A stretch of 64,000 nt of DNA from an uncultured Thermoplasmata archaeon (GCA_964354755.1 CAYHBA010000002.1:92002-156001); one strand, 5' to 3'; positions 34,763-45,504 are shown, counted from the first letter of the stretch. Program-made: numbers and translations. Notes: generated by a model not told the origin, from the letters alone.

Positions 34763-37700
34763 GGCCGTTGGCAGATTTTGACTCGGCAAGGGCGGCTTCG
34801 GACTTTCTCAGCCATATGCCCATCCCCATCCTTCGGAACGACTCCCTTGCCTTCTCCAGGAGCTTGGTTCCGGCCTCAGCCTCGCCAGACATCCTCAGGC
34901 AAACCCCCTCGTCATAGTCCATCATGGCCTGCAGCGTGGTGTCGCCCACATCTGCCAGCAATTCCCGCGCCCGGGCGAAAGTCTCCAGGGCCGACATGAA
35001 ATCGCCCCTGTCCCTGTGAATGGTGGCGAGCACATAAGTCGACGCGCCCACCTCCCTCTTGGCCCCGAGCTCGTTCGACAGGGCCAGCGCCAGGTCGACA
35101 TATTCTGTCGCCTTCTCGAAATTTCTGCACTTCCTGTACGAATCTGCGAGTCCATAATAATCATAGATCATGATGTGCTGGTCGCCTATCTCCCTGCATA
35201 TCTCCACGCTCTCCAGGTGATGCCGTATGCTCTTCTCCAGCTGGTCCAGGTCCTGGTATACGTACCCCAAGCTGCTCAGGGACCAGGCTATGCCGTTCCT
35301 GTCCCCGCTCATCCTGTAGAGCTCGAGGCCCCTGAGCTGATATTCGAGCGCCTTCTCGGTATCTCCCTTGGTGTGGAGAAGATTGCCTATGTTGTCGAGG
35401 GTGCTTGCCGTGCTGCTCTTGTCCCCGACCATCTCTCCGTACTCGAGGCCCTCCATGAAATATACCAGGGCTTCGTCCAGCCGGCCTGTCTCCATGTACA
35501 CGACCGCAATATTGTTCAGCGTGCTCTCCTTGCCGGTGTCATCGCCTATATCCTTCTGAATGACCAGCGCATTCTGATAATGCTCCAGAGCCCTGTCATA
35601 GTCCCCACGGAACCACCATGTTATACCTATGAGGCGGTGCGCGTTCGCAATCTCCTTCCTCTCCTTCAGCCGTGTCGCGTCCGTCATTGCCTGGCACAGG
35701 ATTTCCAGGGCTCTGTCATAGCTCCCCATCCTGATGAGGCTCAGGGCCATGGATGTGATAAGCCCGCATCTCACAGGATCGTCGCTGTCCCCCAGAATGT
35801 CGAGTCCTGCCTGGGCCGCTGCGATGCCGCGCTCGTATTTGCTGGCCCTCTCGAAGGTCAGCGCCATCTTCCTTTGCAGGTCCGCCTTCCTTGCGGGCTC
35901 CTTCGCATTCTCGAATACTCTGGAATAGGAGGCAATCGCCCTGTCGCAGTCGCCGACCACGGTGTACAGATCGCCGAGCCATTCGCTGATGCGCCCTGTC
36001 TCGGCCATGTCCTTCGCAATCCCCAGGGCAAGGCTGTAGAATGCTATGGCTTCCTCGTTGGCGTAATTCTTTCTGGCTTGCTCCGCGGCGATGTTCAGGT
36101 ACACGGCGGCCTTAGGATCCTTCGCCTCCAGGAAATGCCGTGCCAGCTCGCCAGCCATCTCCCCCTCCCTTCCGGCGAACAGCTGCTCGTAGCTATGGGC
36201 GACAGTCCTGTGGTATTCCGCCTTAAGCTCGCCGCTTATGCCCGCGTAAATGACGTCCCTTACCTTGCTGTGGTCGAACCTGTATCCGCCTTCTCCGGAA
36301 TGAATCAGCCTGTGCGTCTTCTCGATATCGTTCAGGTTCTTCAGGAGCTGCATCCTGTTCACGCCCATTGAAAGGCCCACGACATCGCTGCCGAACCTCT
36401 CCCCCACGACGCTGGCGCATTCCAGAACCTCGTGCTGCTGCTTCTGGAGACGGTTCAACCTCCTCTGAACAACATCGAAAATCTTGGAGGGCAGGTGCAG
36501 CTCGCTCAGCGGCTTGTCCATGACCCATGCATCTCCCTTGCGCAGGACTGACCCCTCGTCCACCAGCAGCCGCAATATTTCCAGCACGAAGAACGGATTC
36601 CCCTCTGCCTCGGCATGTATCCTGACGAATAGTTCCCGCGGAAACTCGGCGCAGCCAAGGGCGGTTGAGACTATGCCTTGCGTCCCGTCCTGTCCAAGGC
36701 GGTACAGCTTTATGTCCCTGAACAGAGACTCCCTGCTCATGTCCTGCATGATGGTCTCAAGGGCATGCGGAGTTCCGTCCGGTCTGGGCATGATGTCCTC
36801 GGGGCGGTAGGTGGCCAGCAAGAATACCCTGCTGTTCCGTGTGTTCCTGGACAGGTAATGGAACAGGCCCAGCGTGGTCGGGTCGGCCCACTGGACATCG
36901 TCAAGGAAAAGCACGACAGGCGACTCTGCGGAAGCCCTCTGCAGGCCCAGCAACACGCTGTCGAACATGTTCTCCAGTTTCAGCTTGGGGTCTTCCCGGA
37001 CAAACTCCCCGGCGTATTTGGCTGAATTGACAAGCCTGGAAAGTCTGTCGCAGAGCCAGCCGGTTTCAGCATGGTCGTACAGGTCCGGGTTGAGTTTGGA
37101 TTTCAGTTCGTCAAGCTCCCTCTTCATGTCCTCAATCAGGAATTCGTTCTCCTCCCCCTCGATGACAGCGGCCAGTGACATCCTTCCCCTGGTCTGAATC
37201 ACTATGTTGTACCCGGAATGTCCTATCTTGCTCAGGCCCACATCGCAGCTGTTCTTTCCCATCATGCCCAGGGAGTCTGAGATGAACGAGGAAACGGCCT
37301 TCAGCATCGCCGCAAATATGTCCGCGTCCATGCCGGTCTTCGTGCGCTCTGCCTGGCCGTACAGCATACCGGCGTCGTTCAGGATGTAGGCGGAAAGAAT
37401 CCTCGGCGGAGCCCTCTCCTGCATTAGGCCGAGCATTCCCGCCCTTCTCAGCGCCTCCTTGACCGGCATCAGCGGCTCCAGGCATTCTGGAAGGCACCAG
37501 CCCCTCAGCACGGCGGCATGGCGCTTCTCTGCGATGCCCAGCATTTCGCTGACCAGCCTGGTTTTGCCTATGCCGGCTTCCCCGGAAACGAACAGGGTCA
37601 CGCCGCTTCCGCCAAAGGCCAGGTCCATGGACCCCGTGAGTCTGGCTATCTCCGGCTGCCTGCCTATGAGTTCAGGCTGCAGCAGACGATTTTCATCCAT
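34749..37700 (-). CDS. STAND-type ATPase with TPR repeats and a Roadblock/LC7-like insert; paralog of the protein at 26975-30040
   Basis: N-terminus ELIGRQPEIARL. Walker A LFVSGEAGIGKTRL. Insert DADIFAAMLKAVSSFISDSL...LSKIGHSGYNIVIQTRGRMSLAAVIEG. Walker B VLFLDDVQWAD. TPR repeats follow. Confidence 0.75.
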   Translation of the reverse strand: MDENRLLQPELIGRQPEIARLTGSMDLAFGGSGVTLFVSGEAGIGKTRLVSEMLGIAEKRHAAVLRGWCLPECLEPLMPVKEALRRAGMLGLMQERAPPRILSAYILNDAGMLYGQAERTKTGMDADIFAAMLKAVSSFISDSLGMMGKNSCDVGLSKIGHSGYNIVIQTRGRMSLAAVIEGEENEFLIEDMKRELDELKSKLNPDLYDHAETGWLCDRLSRLVNSAKYAGEFVREDPKLKLENMFDSVLLGLQRASAESPVVLFLDDVQWADPTTLGLFHYLSRNTRNSRVFLLATYRPEDIMPRPDGTPHALETIMQDMSRESLFRDIKLYRLGQDGTQGIVSTALGCAEFPRELFVRIHAEAEGNPFFVLEILRLLVDEGSVLRKGDAWVMDKPLSELHLPSKIFDVVQRRLNRLQKQQHEVLECASVVGERFGSDVVGLSMGVNRMQLLKNLNDIEKTHRLIHSGEGGYRFDHSKVRDVIYAGISGELKAEYHRTVAHSYEQLFAGREGEMAGELARHFLEAKDPKAAVYLNIAAEQARKNYANEEAIAFYSLALGIAKDMAETGRISEWLGDLYTVVGDCDRAIASYSRVFENAKEPARKADLQRKMALTFERASKYERGIAAAQAGLDILGDSDDPVRCGLITSMALSLIRMGSYDRALEILCQAMTDATRLKERKEIANAHRLIGITWWFRGDYDRALEHYQNALVIQKDIGDDTGKESTLNNIAVVYMETGRLDEALVYFMEGLEYGEMVGDKSSTASTLDNIGNLLHTKGDTEKALEYQLRGLELYRMSGDRNGIAWSLSSLGYVYQDLDQLEKSIRHHLESVEICREIGDQHIMIYDYYGLADSYRKCRNFEKATEYVDLALALSNELGAKREVGASTYVLATIHRDRGDFMSALETFARARELLADVGDTTLQAMMDYDEGVCLRMSGEAEAGTKLLEKARESFRRMGMGIWLRKSEAALAESKSANGLTGR

Positions 37701-38097
37701 CCCGGTCAGAAAGGCTGTGTGCTTCTAAAAGGATTCCGCTGGCATGCGGCCCGCCTCTGCGCTCGTATGGGTTTTTCAGGCGTGTGCCGGGGTTTGGTAC
37801 TGGCCAAAATAACGGAGTCAATGGTTTCTCTTGGGCCAGGATGTACATCCGGCGGTTGAAACGCTCGGACTCGCCCTCAGCCCCTTGAGTCGTCGCAGGG
37901 CTCATCGTCCTGCATGGGCCTGGATTGCTCGGCGCTGAAAGCGGTCGTGCAAGCTACCAGCTGTACTGGCTTCATCTTCTTCCCGCAGCAGTTCGGAGCA
38001 TCGGCCGCATCCTTCAGCCTGCCGCATTTCTCGCATTTGTATGTTTTATCCATAATGTACGTAATCTACTTCATCCGAGATAAATGTTACTGCAACT

Positions 38098-38292
38098 ATG
38101 CCGAGAACGCTCAGCATTTCAGGGCTGTGATGAATCGGCATGAGCAGTCGTCAATCCACCGTTGCATACCGTGCATATCTTTTCGAAGAAAATCGAAGCT
38201 AGCAGGCTTCGATGGTATAGGTATGCAACTGCCCTATGGTAAATTTCCAGCCCTGCCATCAAACGCTAGTCCCTTATGGGCTGGTAGTTTAC
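38098..38292. repeat. Dispersed structured repeat (family 1, copy C) abutting the 3' end of the HerA-like gene
   Basis: About 85% identical to copy B. It carries the same two hairpins; the 9-bp hairpin has a different loop (tagcag instead of aat). Confidence 0.7.
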
Positions 38293-38293
38293 T

Positions 38294-39826
38294 CTAGTCT
38301 TCGATGATCTTGACAGACTCGCCGCCGTGCCTTGTCTCCCTGGGCCTCACTCGGACGAACAGTGGCACCTGTATGCTGCCGCCGCACACAATGGCCACGC
38401 CTATGGGCAGCTGCTGGATCTCCTTTGTCATGCCAGTGGTCAGGCCCTCGACCGAGGACGTGACTGCCTTCAGGTCCAGGTCATTGGTTATCCTGAGTAT
38501 TATCTGCGTGCCGCACTGGCTCAGAACGTTCTTCTCGACCTTTGCGGCCCTCTGGGTTATGATGACCAGACCGAGCCCGAACTTCCTGCCCTCGGACGCT
38601 ATTGTGCGCATTATCTTGGAGCAGGATGTCGTTCCCTGCTGCGGGCAGTAATTGTGCGCCTCCTCCGTCACAACCAGCATTGGCGGAATTGCGTCAATCT
38701 TGCGCATCTCGAACAGCGAGGTCAGCACCCGGTTGACTATCAGGCCGGAAATCTCCGGCGCAGTGCCCCTCAGGTTAAGGATCGTCATGTTGCCCTTTTT
38801 GACCAGCTCGTCCAGCTTGGTGCCCCTCTCGGCAAATATGTTTATCTCGTCGAGGTACTGCAATTCCTGGATGAGATTGGCGTTCTGCGCGTCCTCCTGC
38901 GCCTCCAGGGTCTTGATTATGTCCTTCATGGAGAACGACTGGCGGTTGACCTTGATCATCTCCAGGACTTTCTTCAGGGCCGGAAGGGCATGCCTCACGT
39001 TTTTCACGTTTGTCAATCCGAGGATGTCCCTGGCTTCAAGATTTCCCAGTGTGAACCTGAGCGGAGTTGCGTCCTTGTTGACCTTTGTGTCGGGCGAGAA
39101 CTCGGAAATCTGGTCGGCATAGCCGCGCGGCTTCACACCGAACTTCTCGTTGAACTCCGTGACCTTGCCTGCCTCCTTTAGAGAACTGTACTCCCCGTGC
39201 GGGTCGATCACCATCACCGTGACCTTGTGCTTGAGCAGCTCCTCCACCAGCACGCCGACCATGTAGCTCTTGCCGCCTCCTGTCTTGGCCAGGATGCTGA
39301 CGTGTTTCTGCACCATCTCGTTGATGTCCAGGTGAATGGGCAGGTCATGGCCGTTCAGCAGGCCGATGTAGGCGCCGCTCTTCTCCTTCTGTTTTATGCC
39401 GATGACCTTGGAAATGAGCTTGTCGTCCGCCCTTGTCACGGCGGAGCCGGCCTTGAAGGGCGCCTTCGGGGTCTGGAGCAAGCCTCTTTCGTCCCTGTAG
39501 CCGATAATTACAATGTTGGCCAGGACCTTCTCCTCTATGTCTATCATCTCCCCTTGGGACATGGAGATGGCCTTTTCCAGCGAGAGGTTGGTCTTCCTCT
39601 CCATGCTGTCGACCTGCCCCAGCACATGCCCGCAGGTCTCATGGGGTATCTGGACATACTCCCCGTTCTCCAGGGGGGCCATGACGCTGCACTTGAGCTC
39701 GGACGTGCCCACGTCGCCGTAGATAATGCCTATGATGCCGGAACCGTCATGGGAGTCGGCGCCATCCTCGTAATGCGCGCGGGCTTCCTCTACTGTTCCA
39801 TCCCGAGAATCCATGTCCAAGTGCAT
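38294..39826 (-). CDS. HerA-like (DUF87, FtsK/HerA superfamily) ATPase
   Basis: N-terminal HAS-barrel-like region. Walker A ILAKTGGGKSYMVG. Walker B PMLVVTEEAHNY. No NurA, Mre11 or Rad50 gene is adjacent. Confidence 0.65.
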   Translation of the reverse strand: MHLDMDSRDGTVEEARAHYEDGADSHDGSGIIGIIYGDVGTSELKCSVMAPLENGEYVQIPHETCGHVLGQVDSMERKTNLSLEKAISMSQGEMIDIEEKVLANIVIIGYRDERGLLQTPKAPFKAGSAVTRADDKLISKVIGIKQKEKSGAYIGLLNGHDLPIHLDINEMVQKHVSILAKTGGGKSYMVGVLVEELLKHKVTVMVIDPHGEYSSLKEAGKVTEFNEKFGVKPRGYADQISEFSPDTKVNKDATPLRFTLGNLEARDILGLTNVKNVRHALPALKKVLEMIKVNRQSFSMKDIIKTLEAQEDAQNANLIQELQYLDEINIFAERGTKLDELVKKGNMTILNLRGTAPEISGLIVNRVLTSLFEMRKIDAIPPMLVVTEEAHNYCPQQGTTSCSKIMRTIASEGRKFGLGLVIITQRAAKVEKNVLSQCGTQIILRITNDLDLKAVTSSVEGLTTGMTKEIQQLPIGVAIVCGGSIQVPLFVRVRPRETRHGGESVKIIED

Positions 39827-39920
39827 CCCGTCCTGCTGACCAATATATATACTATTCCGTATATATATGTTGGTATTACAAAAGCCCCGACCAAATCATG
39901 CCGTCGGACATTCTGTGCCG

Positions 39921-40985
39921 TTATAATTTCCAGTAAGGCCTCAGCTCTCTCTTTAATGATTCCAGCATGCTTGAGGTGGCCCTCTCCAGAGACTCCAGGC
40001 TGGTCGCCGGATTCCTTCTCGGCTCCTTGGGGGAGAACGCCTTGTAATCCGCGGGCAGGGCCTCTGAGCCGCAGAACTGGGCCAGCCACCCGTACGTCAC
40101 CCAATCCCCATAACCGCTCACTGTCATGTCAAGGAGATTTCCGGATGTGCCAAGGGCGATTTCCCTGGCCTTCCCGGACACGGCATTGAGCCCGTCCAGG
40201 TCAAGCCCGAGCATGGTCAGTTCGTCCGCGTAGAACGGGTCTGAACCCCCGTTCCGTATGATGAATTCGGGCGAAAACTCTCTTGCCAGAGGCTCAATTA
40301 TTGATTCGAAGGCTTGCATGTAATTGGCAGCGCCGGACAGCGGCGGCATGGGTAGGTTCGCGCTGAATCCCTTTCCCTCGCCGTCCCCTATCTCCCAGAC
40401 AAATCCCTTTCCCGGATATATGGTCCTCGGGTCCTGGTGTATCGAAATAAAAAGCACCCGCGGGTCATTATAGAAAATGTCCATGGTGCCGTTGCCCTGG
40501 TGTGCGTCCGTATCCAATATCATCACCCGCTTCAGGCCGTGCCTCTCGAGCGCGGCCATTGCAGCCATGGCCACATCATTGTATATACAGAAGCCCTCGC
40601 CGAAATCCCTGCCCGCATGGTGAAAGCCCCCGAACGTATGGGCTACTTTGCCCTCGCCATCAATGAGCAGTTTGGCTGCCTGCAACCCCGAGCCTGCGAT
40701 AAGCAGCTGGGCCTCGACCGCGCCCTCGGTCACGGGCGTATCGATGCTCAGCCAGCCTCCGGTTTTCCTCAGCTCCTCGACCTTGTTTAGATACTCGGGC
40801 GAATGCGCCAGAAGCAGGTCCCCGTCCTTTGCCGGCTCGGGCCTTATGATAGCGCAGTCCTTCAGGATTCCAGCCTTGTCAAGCAGGTCCATGAAATCCC
40901 TGAACCTTGACCCGGTGAAAGGGTGGTCCGGTCCGAAATCGAACCTGCCAAGCTCATCACTGTAGAATATCGGGATGTCGGGCAA
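39921..40985 (-). CDS. Histone deacetylase / AcuC-family deacetylase
   Basis: Arginase/deacetylase-fold motifs GFCIYNDVA and MILDTDAHQGNG. Upstream of the HerA-like gene on the same strand, with a 94-nt gap. Confidence 0.7.
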   Translation of the reverse strand: MPDIPIFYSDELGRFDFGPDHPFTGSRFRDFMDLLDKAGILKDCAIIRPEPAKDGDLLLAHSPEYLNKVEELRKTGGWLSIDTPVTEGAVEAQLLIAGSGLQAAKLLIDGEGKVAHTFGGFHHAGRDFGEGFCIYNDVAMAAMAALERHGLKRVMILDTDAHQGNGTMDIFYNDPRVLFISIHQDPRTIYPGKGFVWEIGDGEGKGFSANLPMPPLSGAANYMQAFESIIEPLAREFSPEFIIRNGGSDPFYADELTMLGLDLDGLNAVSGKAREIALGTSGNLLDMTVSGYGDWVTYGWLAQFCGSEALPADYKAFSPKEPRRNPATSLESLERATSSMLESLKRELRPYWKL

Positions 40986-41004
40986 GCTTCACCTTGGTCA
41001 AATA

Positions 41005-41241
41005 TCAGTAACCGGGGCGCCCTTCCACTCTGTCCGCCTTCTCCCTCAGCTGCCTGGATTTGGAGCGCAGCTTGCTGATCTCCATCTCCTTCTTCTGAAT
41101 CTTCGCGTCAACCTTGGCGGCCTTTGCCCGGTAATTCGCGGCCTTGGCCTGGGCCTTGGCCTGCTTCTCCATCTGCTTGGCGCTCTTGACTGCCGCCATC
41201 GCTTCCCTTTTAGCAACTTTCGGGTCGCTGTAAGTGCTCAT
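41005..41241 (-). CDS. Small basic coiled-coil protein, hypothetical
   Basis: 78 aa, rich in Lys and Ala, entirely helical. No homology recognised. Confidence 0.35.
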   Translation of the reverse strand: MSTYSDPKVAKREAMAAVKSAKQMEKQAKAQAKAANYRAKAAKVDAKIQKKEMEISKLRSKSRQLREKADRVEGRPGY

Positions 41242-41593
41242 GGTATCGTGAGATAATGGCGTTCGAATAATATAAGCCTATCCACAGGTAATCCCATTGC
41301 TCTCAGATTGCCGATTACCTGTCAAATGTTGAATGTGTTTGCTTCGAGTTTGCTCATTCACGGCGAACGCTCTTTCCTCCATCCGAAGCCTTCGGAACTA
41401 CGGATTGTCGCGTTCACCATTTGATTCGGGAATGCTCACAATTAATGTTCTTCATTCAGATGGCACATGAATTACAGGCCATCGTCGAATGCGTTTTTCG
41501 GTATCCAAAGTCCAAGGACATTTGGAACGCTGAGAGTTACATTCAACTTATGATTGACATTCTACGGATTGAAGAATCTAATTATCTATCAAT

Positions 41594-42886
41594 TTAAGCG
41601 CCCTTGTTCATGTAGTCGCATATCCTGCGCGTGGCCTCGAGCGTCTTGCCGCAGTTCGTTTCCAGGAAATTGTCAGGCAGAGGTTTGCCGAGCGGCACTT
41701 TCTCGCTCGCGGCCATGGCCTTCGCGCCGTCAAAGTTAACGTACGAGACGCGGAACGTAAGCTCCGGTTCGGGCCTTGAGAATGCGGAGCCGGGTACGGC
41801 GGCGACATGTGTCTCGTTCAGGATGGCCTCGCACAGTTCCTTGTTGGTCCTGATGCCGCGCTTCTCCATTTTGCCCGCCATCGGGGAGAAGTCCGGGAAC
41901 AGGTAGAACCCGCCCTCGGGCGCGTGTATCCTGGCGCCCGCCTCCCTGAGCATGTCCGCGGACCTGACGCTCAGCTCCCCGAATATGCGCCTGACATGCG
42001 CGAGATAGGCGTCCAGCTCGGGCCCTCCCTTGAAGGCGGTCACGCCCGCCCACTGCACGGGGCTGGTGACAGAGCTGTAGGTTTGGCTGCCCGCATCGGC
42101 CATCGCGCCGCACAGCCATTTCAGGCTCTCCGGGAAGGCGAACGTGCCCAGCCTCCAGCCGCCGGCCGCGGCCCACTTCGAGAGCCCCGAGCTGATGATT
42201 GTGCCCTCGGGGTAATACTTCGCAATCGAAACATGGCCCCCAGTGTGGTGCATCAGGGCGTAAATCTCGTCCGAGAGAACAATAATTCCGTGCTTCCTGG
42301 CCACCGAAGCCAGCGACTCAAGCTCTTCTGACGAGTATGTCCCGCCGTCAGGGTTTCCCGGGTAGTTTAATATAAGGAGCTTTGGCAGTTTCAGCCCGGA
42401 TTCGCAGGCCTCAGCGAGCCTGGCCGCATCCACATGCCACTTTTCTTCGTAGCCTGTCTCTATTAGGCGCAGGGGGGCGCCCACAAGCCTGGCCTGCGGG
42501 ACGTAGGAGACCCAGCAGGGCGTCGGGACAAGCGTTTCACCGGCGAAGGACAGCTGGAGGAGGTACATCAGCAGCTTGGAGCCGGGCCCGACAAGCACGT
42601 TGTCGGCCTTGATGTCGACTCCGTCCTGGCGCTTATGGTAGTCCGCGACAGCCGACCTAAGCTCGGGAAGCCCCTTCACAGGCAGATAGGTCCTCTCCGC
42701 GGCATGCTGCCTGAGCGAGTCCACGATGAAGCCCGGGACAGGGAATGGCGATTCGCCGATGCCCAGATTGAATACTTCTATTCCATCCGTCTTCATCTGC
42801 CTGCATCTCTCGTTGAGTGCTAGGGTCGGCGACGCGCCCATTCCGCGCAGGTTGGGATTAAGGCTGAGGTTCATTTTGCTGTTCAT
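41594..42886 (-). CDS. PLP-dependent aminotransferase, class I/II
   Basis: PLP-lysine region SGLSKWAAAGGWRLG and the aminotransferase fold-type I layout. Confidence 0.7.
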   Translation of the reverse strand: MNSKMNLSLNPNLRGMGASPTLALNERCRQMKTDGIEVFNLGIGESPFPVPGFIVDSLRQHAAERTYLPVKGLPELRSAVADYHKRQDGVDIKADNVLVGPGSKLLMYLLQLSFAGETLVPTPCWVSYVPQARLVGAPLRLIETGYEEKWHVDAARLAEACESGLKLPKLLILNYPGNPDGGTYSSEELESLASVARKHGIIVLSDEIYALMHHTGGHVSIAKYYPEGTIISSGLSKWAAAGGWRLGTFAFPESLKWLCGAMADAGSQTYSSVTSPVQWAGVTAFKGGPELDAYLAHVRRIFGELSVRSADMLREAGARIHAPEGGFYLFPDFSPMAGKMEKRGIRTNKELCEAILNETHVAAVPGSAFSRPEPELTFRVSYVNFDGAKAMAASEKVPLGKPLPDNFLETNCGKTLEATRRICDYMNKGA

Positions 42887-42966
42887 GGAATCACGGGGTG
42901 ACCGGAAAGGCCATTCCCCTTCATTAAGATTTTGAACCCCTCAATAAGGATTTATAGAAAGGAGCG

Positions 42967-44202
42967 TTGGCAATGCCAATGAGAGTGCTGGTCGAGGCCT
43001 ACGGTTGCACAATGAACAGGGGCGAGGCAGAGGAGTTCGCGGACGGATTGCTGGCCGGGGGCCATGCCCTTGCGGCGGACGCTGCCGCAGCCGAAGCCTT
43101 CGCGATATTCACCTGCGGGGTCATCGACACGACGGAGCGCCGCATGCTCAGACGCATATCCGAGCTTGGGGCCACAGGAAAGCCGCTGCTGGTGTGCGGC
43201 TGCCTGCCCAACATATCCCCCAAGAAGATTCAGAAGATAGCGCCACACGCAATCCTCCTGGGCCCGGGCAGGCACATTGAGGGACTCGCCACGCTCGGTG
43301 GCGGGAAATCAACAAGCCCCGGTAACCAAAGGACTGTCGGAATGCTTCCCATCGCAAGCGGCTGCACAGGCAGCTGCGCCTACTGCATCACCAGGAAGGC
43401 GCGGGGGCAGCTGGCGAGCAGGGAGCCCGAGGCGCTCAGGGCCCGGCTCGGGGAACTGGTCGGCAGGGGGGCGGTCGAGATTCAGCTGTGTGCCCAGGAC
43501 ACGGCAGCCTACGGAGCTGACCTGGGCATCGGCCTCGGGGAGCTTGTTTCTGCGCTGTCGGCGACCGGGGGCGACTTCATGGTGCGCATCGGCATGATGA
43601 ACCCGGCCAGCGTTGTCCGGGCGAAAGTGGGAGTCATGGACGCGTTCTCCAACCCCAAAGTTTTCAAGTTCCTCCATCTGCCTGTCCAGTCGGGCTCGGA
43701 CAGGATTCTGGAATCAATGGGGCGCGGTCATACAGCTGACGAGTTCGAGGAACTGTTGTCGGAGTTCAGGTTACGGTATCCGGGCATGGCTGTTTCCACC
43801 GACATAATCACCGGATTCCCCGGGGAGACGGACAGCGATTTCGCGATGAGCATGGAACTGATTGAACGCATCAGGCCGGACATTGTGAACATAACCAGGT
43901 TCTCCTCGAGACCGGGAACTGCGGCCCACGCCATGCAGGGCAAGGTTCCGAGCCGCATATCCAAGGACAGGTCACGAATCCTGACTGAGCTGAGGTTCAG
44001 CATCACAGCCCGGAACTATGCGTCAATGAAAGGCAACGAAGTCAGAGCGCTGGCCACCGAGCGCCGCCTCTCCGGCACCACGTTCCTGAGAACACCCGAG
44101 TATAAGCCGGTCGTCGTTGGCGCGGAAATGCCCCTGGGCCGTTGGTACAACGTGAAGATAACCGGGCATGCCAAGACCCACCTTTGCGGGAAATTATTGT
44201 GA
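42967..44202 (+). CDS. Radical-SAM methylthiotransferase (MiaB/MtaB family, archaeal e-MtaB-like)
   Basis: N-terminal MTTase domain with Cys residues YGCTMN, VCGCLP and others. Radical SAM CxxxCxxC motif SGCTGSCAYC. C-terminal TRAM domain. Confidence 0.7.
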   Translation: MAMPMRVLVEAYGCTMNRGEAEEFADGLLAGGHALAADAAAAEAFAIFTCGVIDTTERRMLRRISELGATGKPLLVCGCLPNISPKKIQKIAPHAILLGPGRHIEGLATLGGGKSTSPGNQRTVGMLPIASGCTGSCAYCITRKARGQLASREPEALRARLGELVGRGAVEIQLCAQDTAAYGADLGIGLGELVSALSATGGDFMVRIGMMNPASVVRAKVGVMDAFSNPKVFKFLHLPVQSGSDRILESMGRGHTADEFEELLSEFRLRYPGMAVSTDIITGFPGETDSDFAMSMELIERIRPDIVNITRFSSRPGTAAHAMQGKVPSRISKDRSRILTELRFSITARNYASMKGNEVRALATERRLSGTTFLRTPEYKPVVVGAEMPLGRWYNVKITGHAKTHLCGKLL

Positions 44203-44236
44203 AAATTGAAGGCCGGCCCTTGCCGGCCTCATTTGT

Positions 44237-45169
44237 TTAGAGCTGTATCTCGATTCCCAGGCGCTCGGTGAGTTCCTTGTACCGGTTTCTTATTGTGACT
44301 TCGGTCACGCCCGCGACATCGGCGACTTCCCTCTGGGTCCTGCGCGCATTGCACAGGATTGAAGAGATATAGATCGCGGCGGCCGCGACCCCTGTCGGGC
44401 CCCTTCCGGACGTAAGCTCCTTCTTGGCGGCCTCATTCAGTATGTCCATCGCCTTCGTCTGAACGTCGCCGCTCAGCTTCAGCTCGCTGCAGAACCTTGA
44501 GATGTAGTCTTCAGGTCTCGTCGGCATGAGTTTTAACTTGAGCTCCCTGGTCATGAAGCGGTACGTGCGGCCTATCTCCTTGCGGCCGACACGGCTGGCG
44601 CTGGCAATCTCGTCCAGAGTCCTCGGGACATTGCACTGCCTGCACGCTCCGTATAAGGATGCGGCAACGACACCCTCGATGCTCCTCCCGCGGATGAGGT
44701 TCTTGTTCACGGCCTTCCTGTAAATCATAGCCGCAGTTTCCCTCACGTTCCTCGGCAGGCCCATTCCGGAAGCCATCCTGTCTAGCTCGCTCAGCGCGAA
44801 AGCCAGGTTGCGCTCGGTCGCGTTGGAGACCCTTATCCTGCGCTGCCACTTTCTTAACCTGTAGAGTTGTGCCCTGTTTCTCGTGGGTATGCTCTTCCCG
44901 TAGGAGTCCTTGTTCTTCCAGCCAATCTCGGTGCTCAGACCCTTGTCGTGGATGGTGTAGGTCATGGGCGCACCTGTCCTGGCCCGCTTCTCGCCCTGAT
45001 CCGAGTCGAACGCGCGCCATTCCGGACCCTGGTCTATCAGTTGCTCATCCAGAACAAGCCCGCAGTCCTCGCAGACCAACTCACCGCGGTTGTAGTCCCT
45101 TACGAGATGCCCGCCCTTGCATTCAGGGCATTGCATTATTTCTTCCGCGGCTTCCCTTTTCTTTGCCAT
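44237..45169 (-). CDS. tfb: Transcription initiation factor IIB (TFB)
   Basis: N-terminal zinc ribbon CPECKGG...CEDCG, a B-finger, and two cyclin-fold repeats. Confidence 0.9.
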   Translation of the reverse strand: MAKKREAAEEIMQCPECKGGHLVRDYNRGELVCEDCGLVLDEQLIDQGPEWRAFDSDQGEKRARTGAPMTYTIHDKGLSTEIGWKNKDSYGKSIPTRNRAQLYRLRKWQRRIRVSNATERNLAFALSELDRMASGMGLPRNVRETAAMIYRKAVNKNLIRGRSIEGVVAASLYGACRQCNVPRTLDEIASASRVGRKEIGRTYRFMTRELKLKLMPTRPEDYISRFCSELKLSGDVQTKAMDILNEAAKKELTSGRGPTGVAAAAIYISSILCNARRTQREVADVAGVTEVTIRNRYKELTERLGIEIQL

Positions 45170-45504
45170 GTATTCACCCCCTTCTTCTTTCCCGGCTCAC
45201 CTGAACCGGGCCTGAACCTTCTGTGCCGCTCCCTCGGTGCGTACGGCTTTGTGGAGCGGTTCCGTTTCGGCTGTTCCTCTGAAACCGAATACAATGTGGA
45301 GCCAAGCAATCCGACAGTCTCGATTCCGAGTTTCGGTCGAACTGAAATATAAGGCGCAATCACAGGTCCGAAGACCCGGGTTATCCTCCCGACTTCAGCG
45401 CCCCTCATGTCGCAGACCCTTGTTCCCGGTAAAGGAGCCTCGAGGGCCTGGAGGAGTATGGAGCCGTCGTGGATAATATTCTTGACCGTGCCCAACTTTT
45501 TCAT
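45136..45504 (-). CDS. gar1: H/ACA RNP protein Gar1 with a basic C-terminal tail
   Basis: [22 protein letters not shown]...[18 protein letters not shown] matches the Gar1 core. It overlaps the TFB 3' end. Confidence 0.7.
   Translation of the reverse strand: MKKLGTVKNIIHDGSILLQALEAPLPGTRVCDMRGAEVGRITRVFGPVIAPYISVRPKLGIETVGLLGSTLYSVSEEQPKRNRSTKPYAPRERHRRFRPGSGEPGKKKGVNTWQRKGKPRKK

Noticed and set aside
35016-36371. A 451-aa plus-strand ORF, and other long ORFs antisense to the STAND-TPR genes (27170-27727, 27944-28498, 29166-29840 and others)
   Set aside because: They are fully contained in, and antisense to, strongly supported TPR/ATPase genes. No motifs were recognised and the composition is biased.
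39197-40189. A 330-aa plus-strand ORF spanning the HerA/HDAC junction
   Set aside because: It is antisense to two well-supported genes and also crosses their intergenic region.
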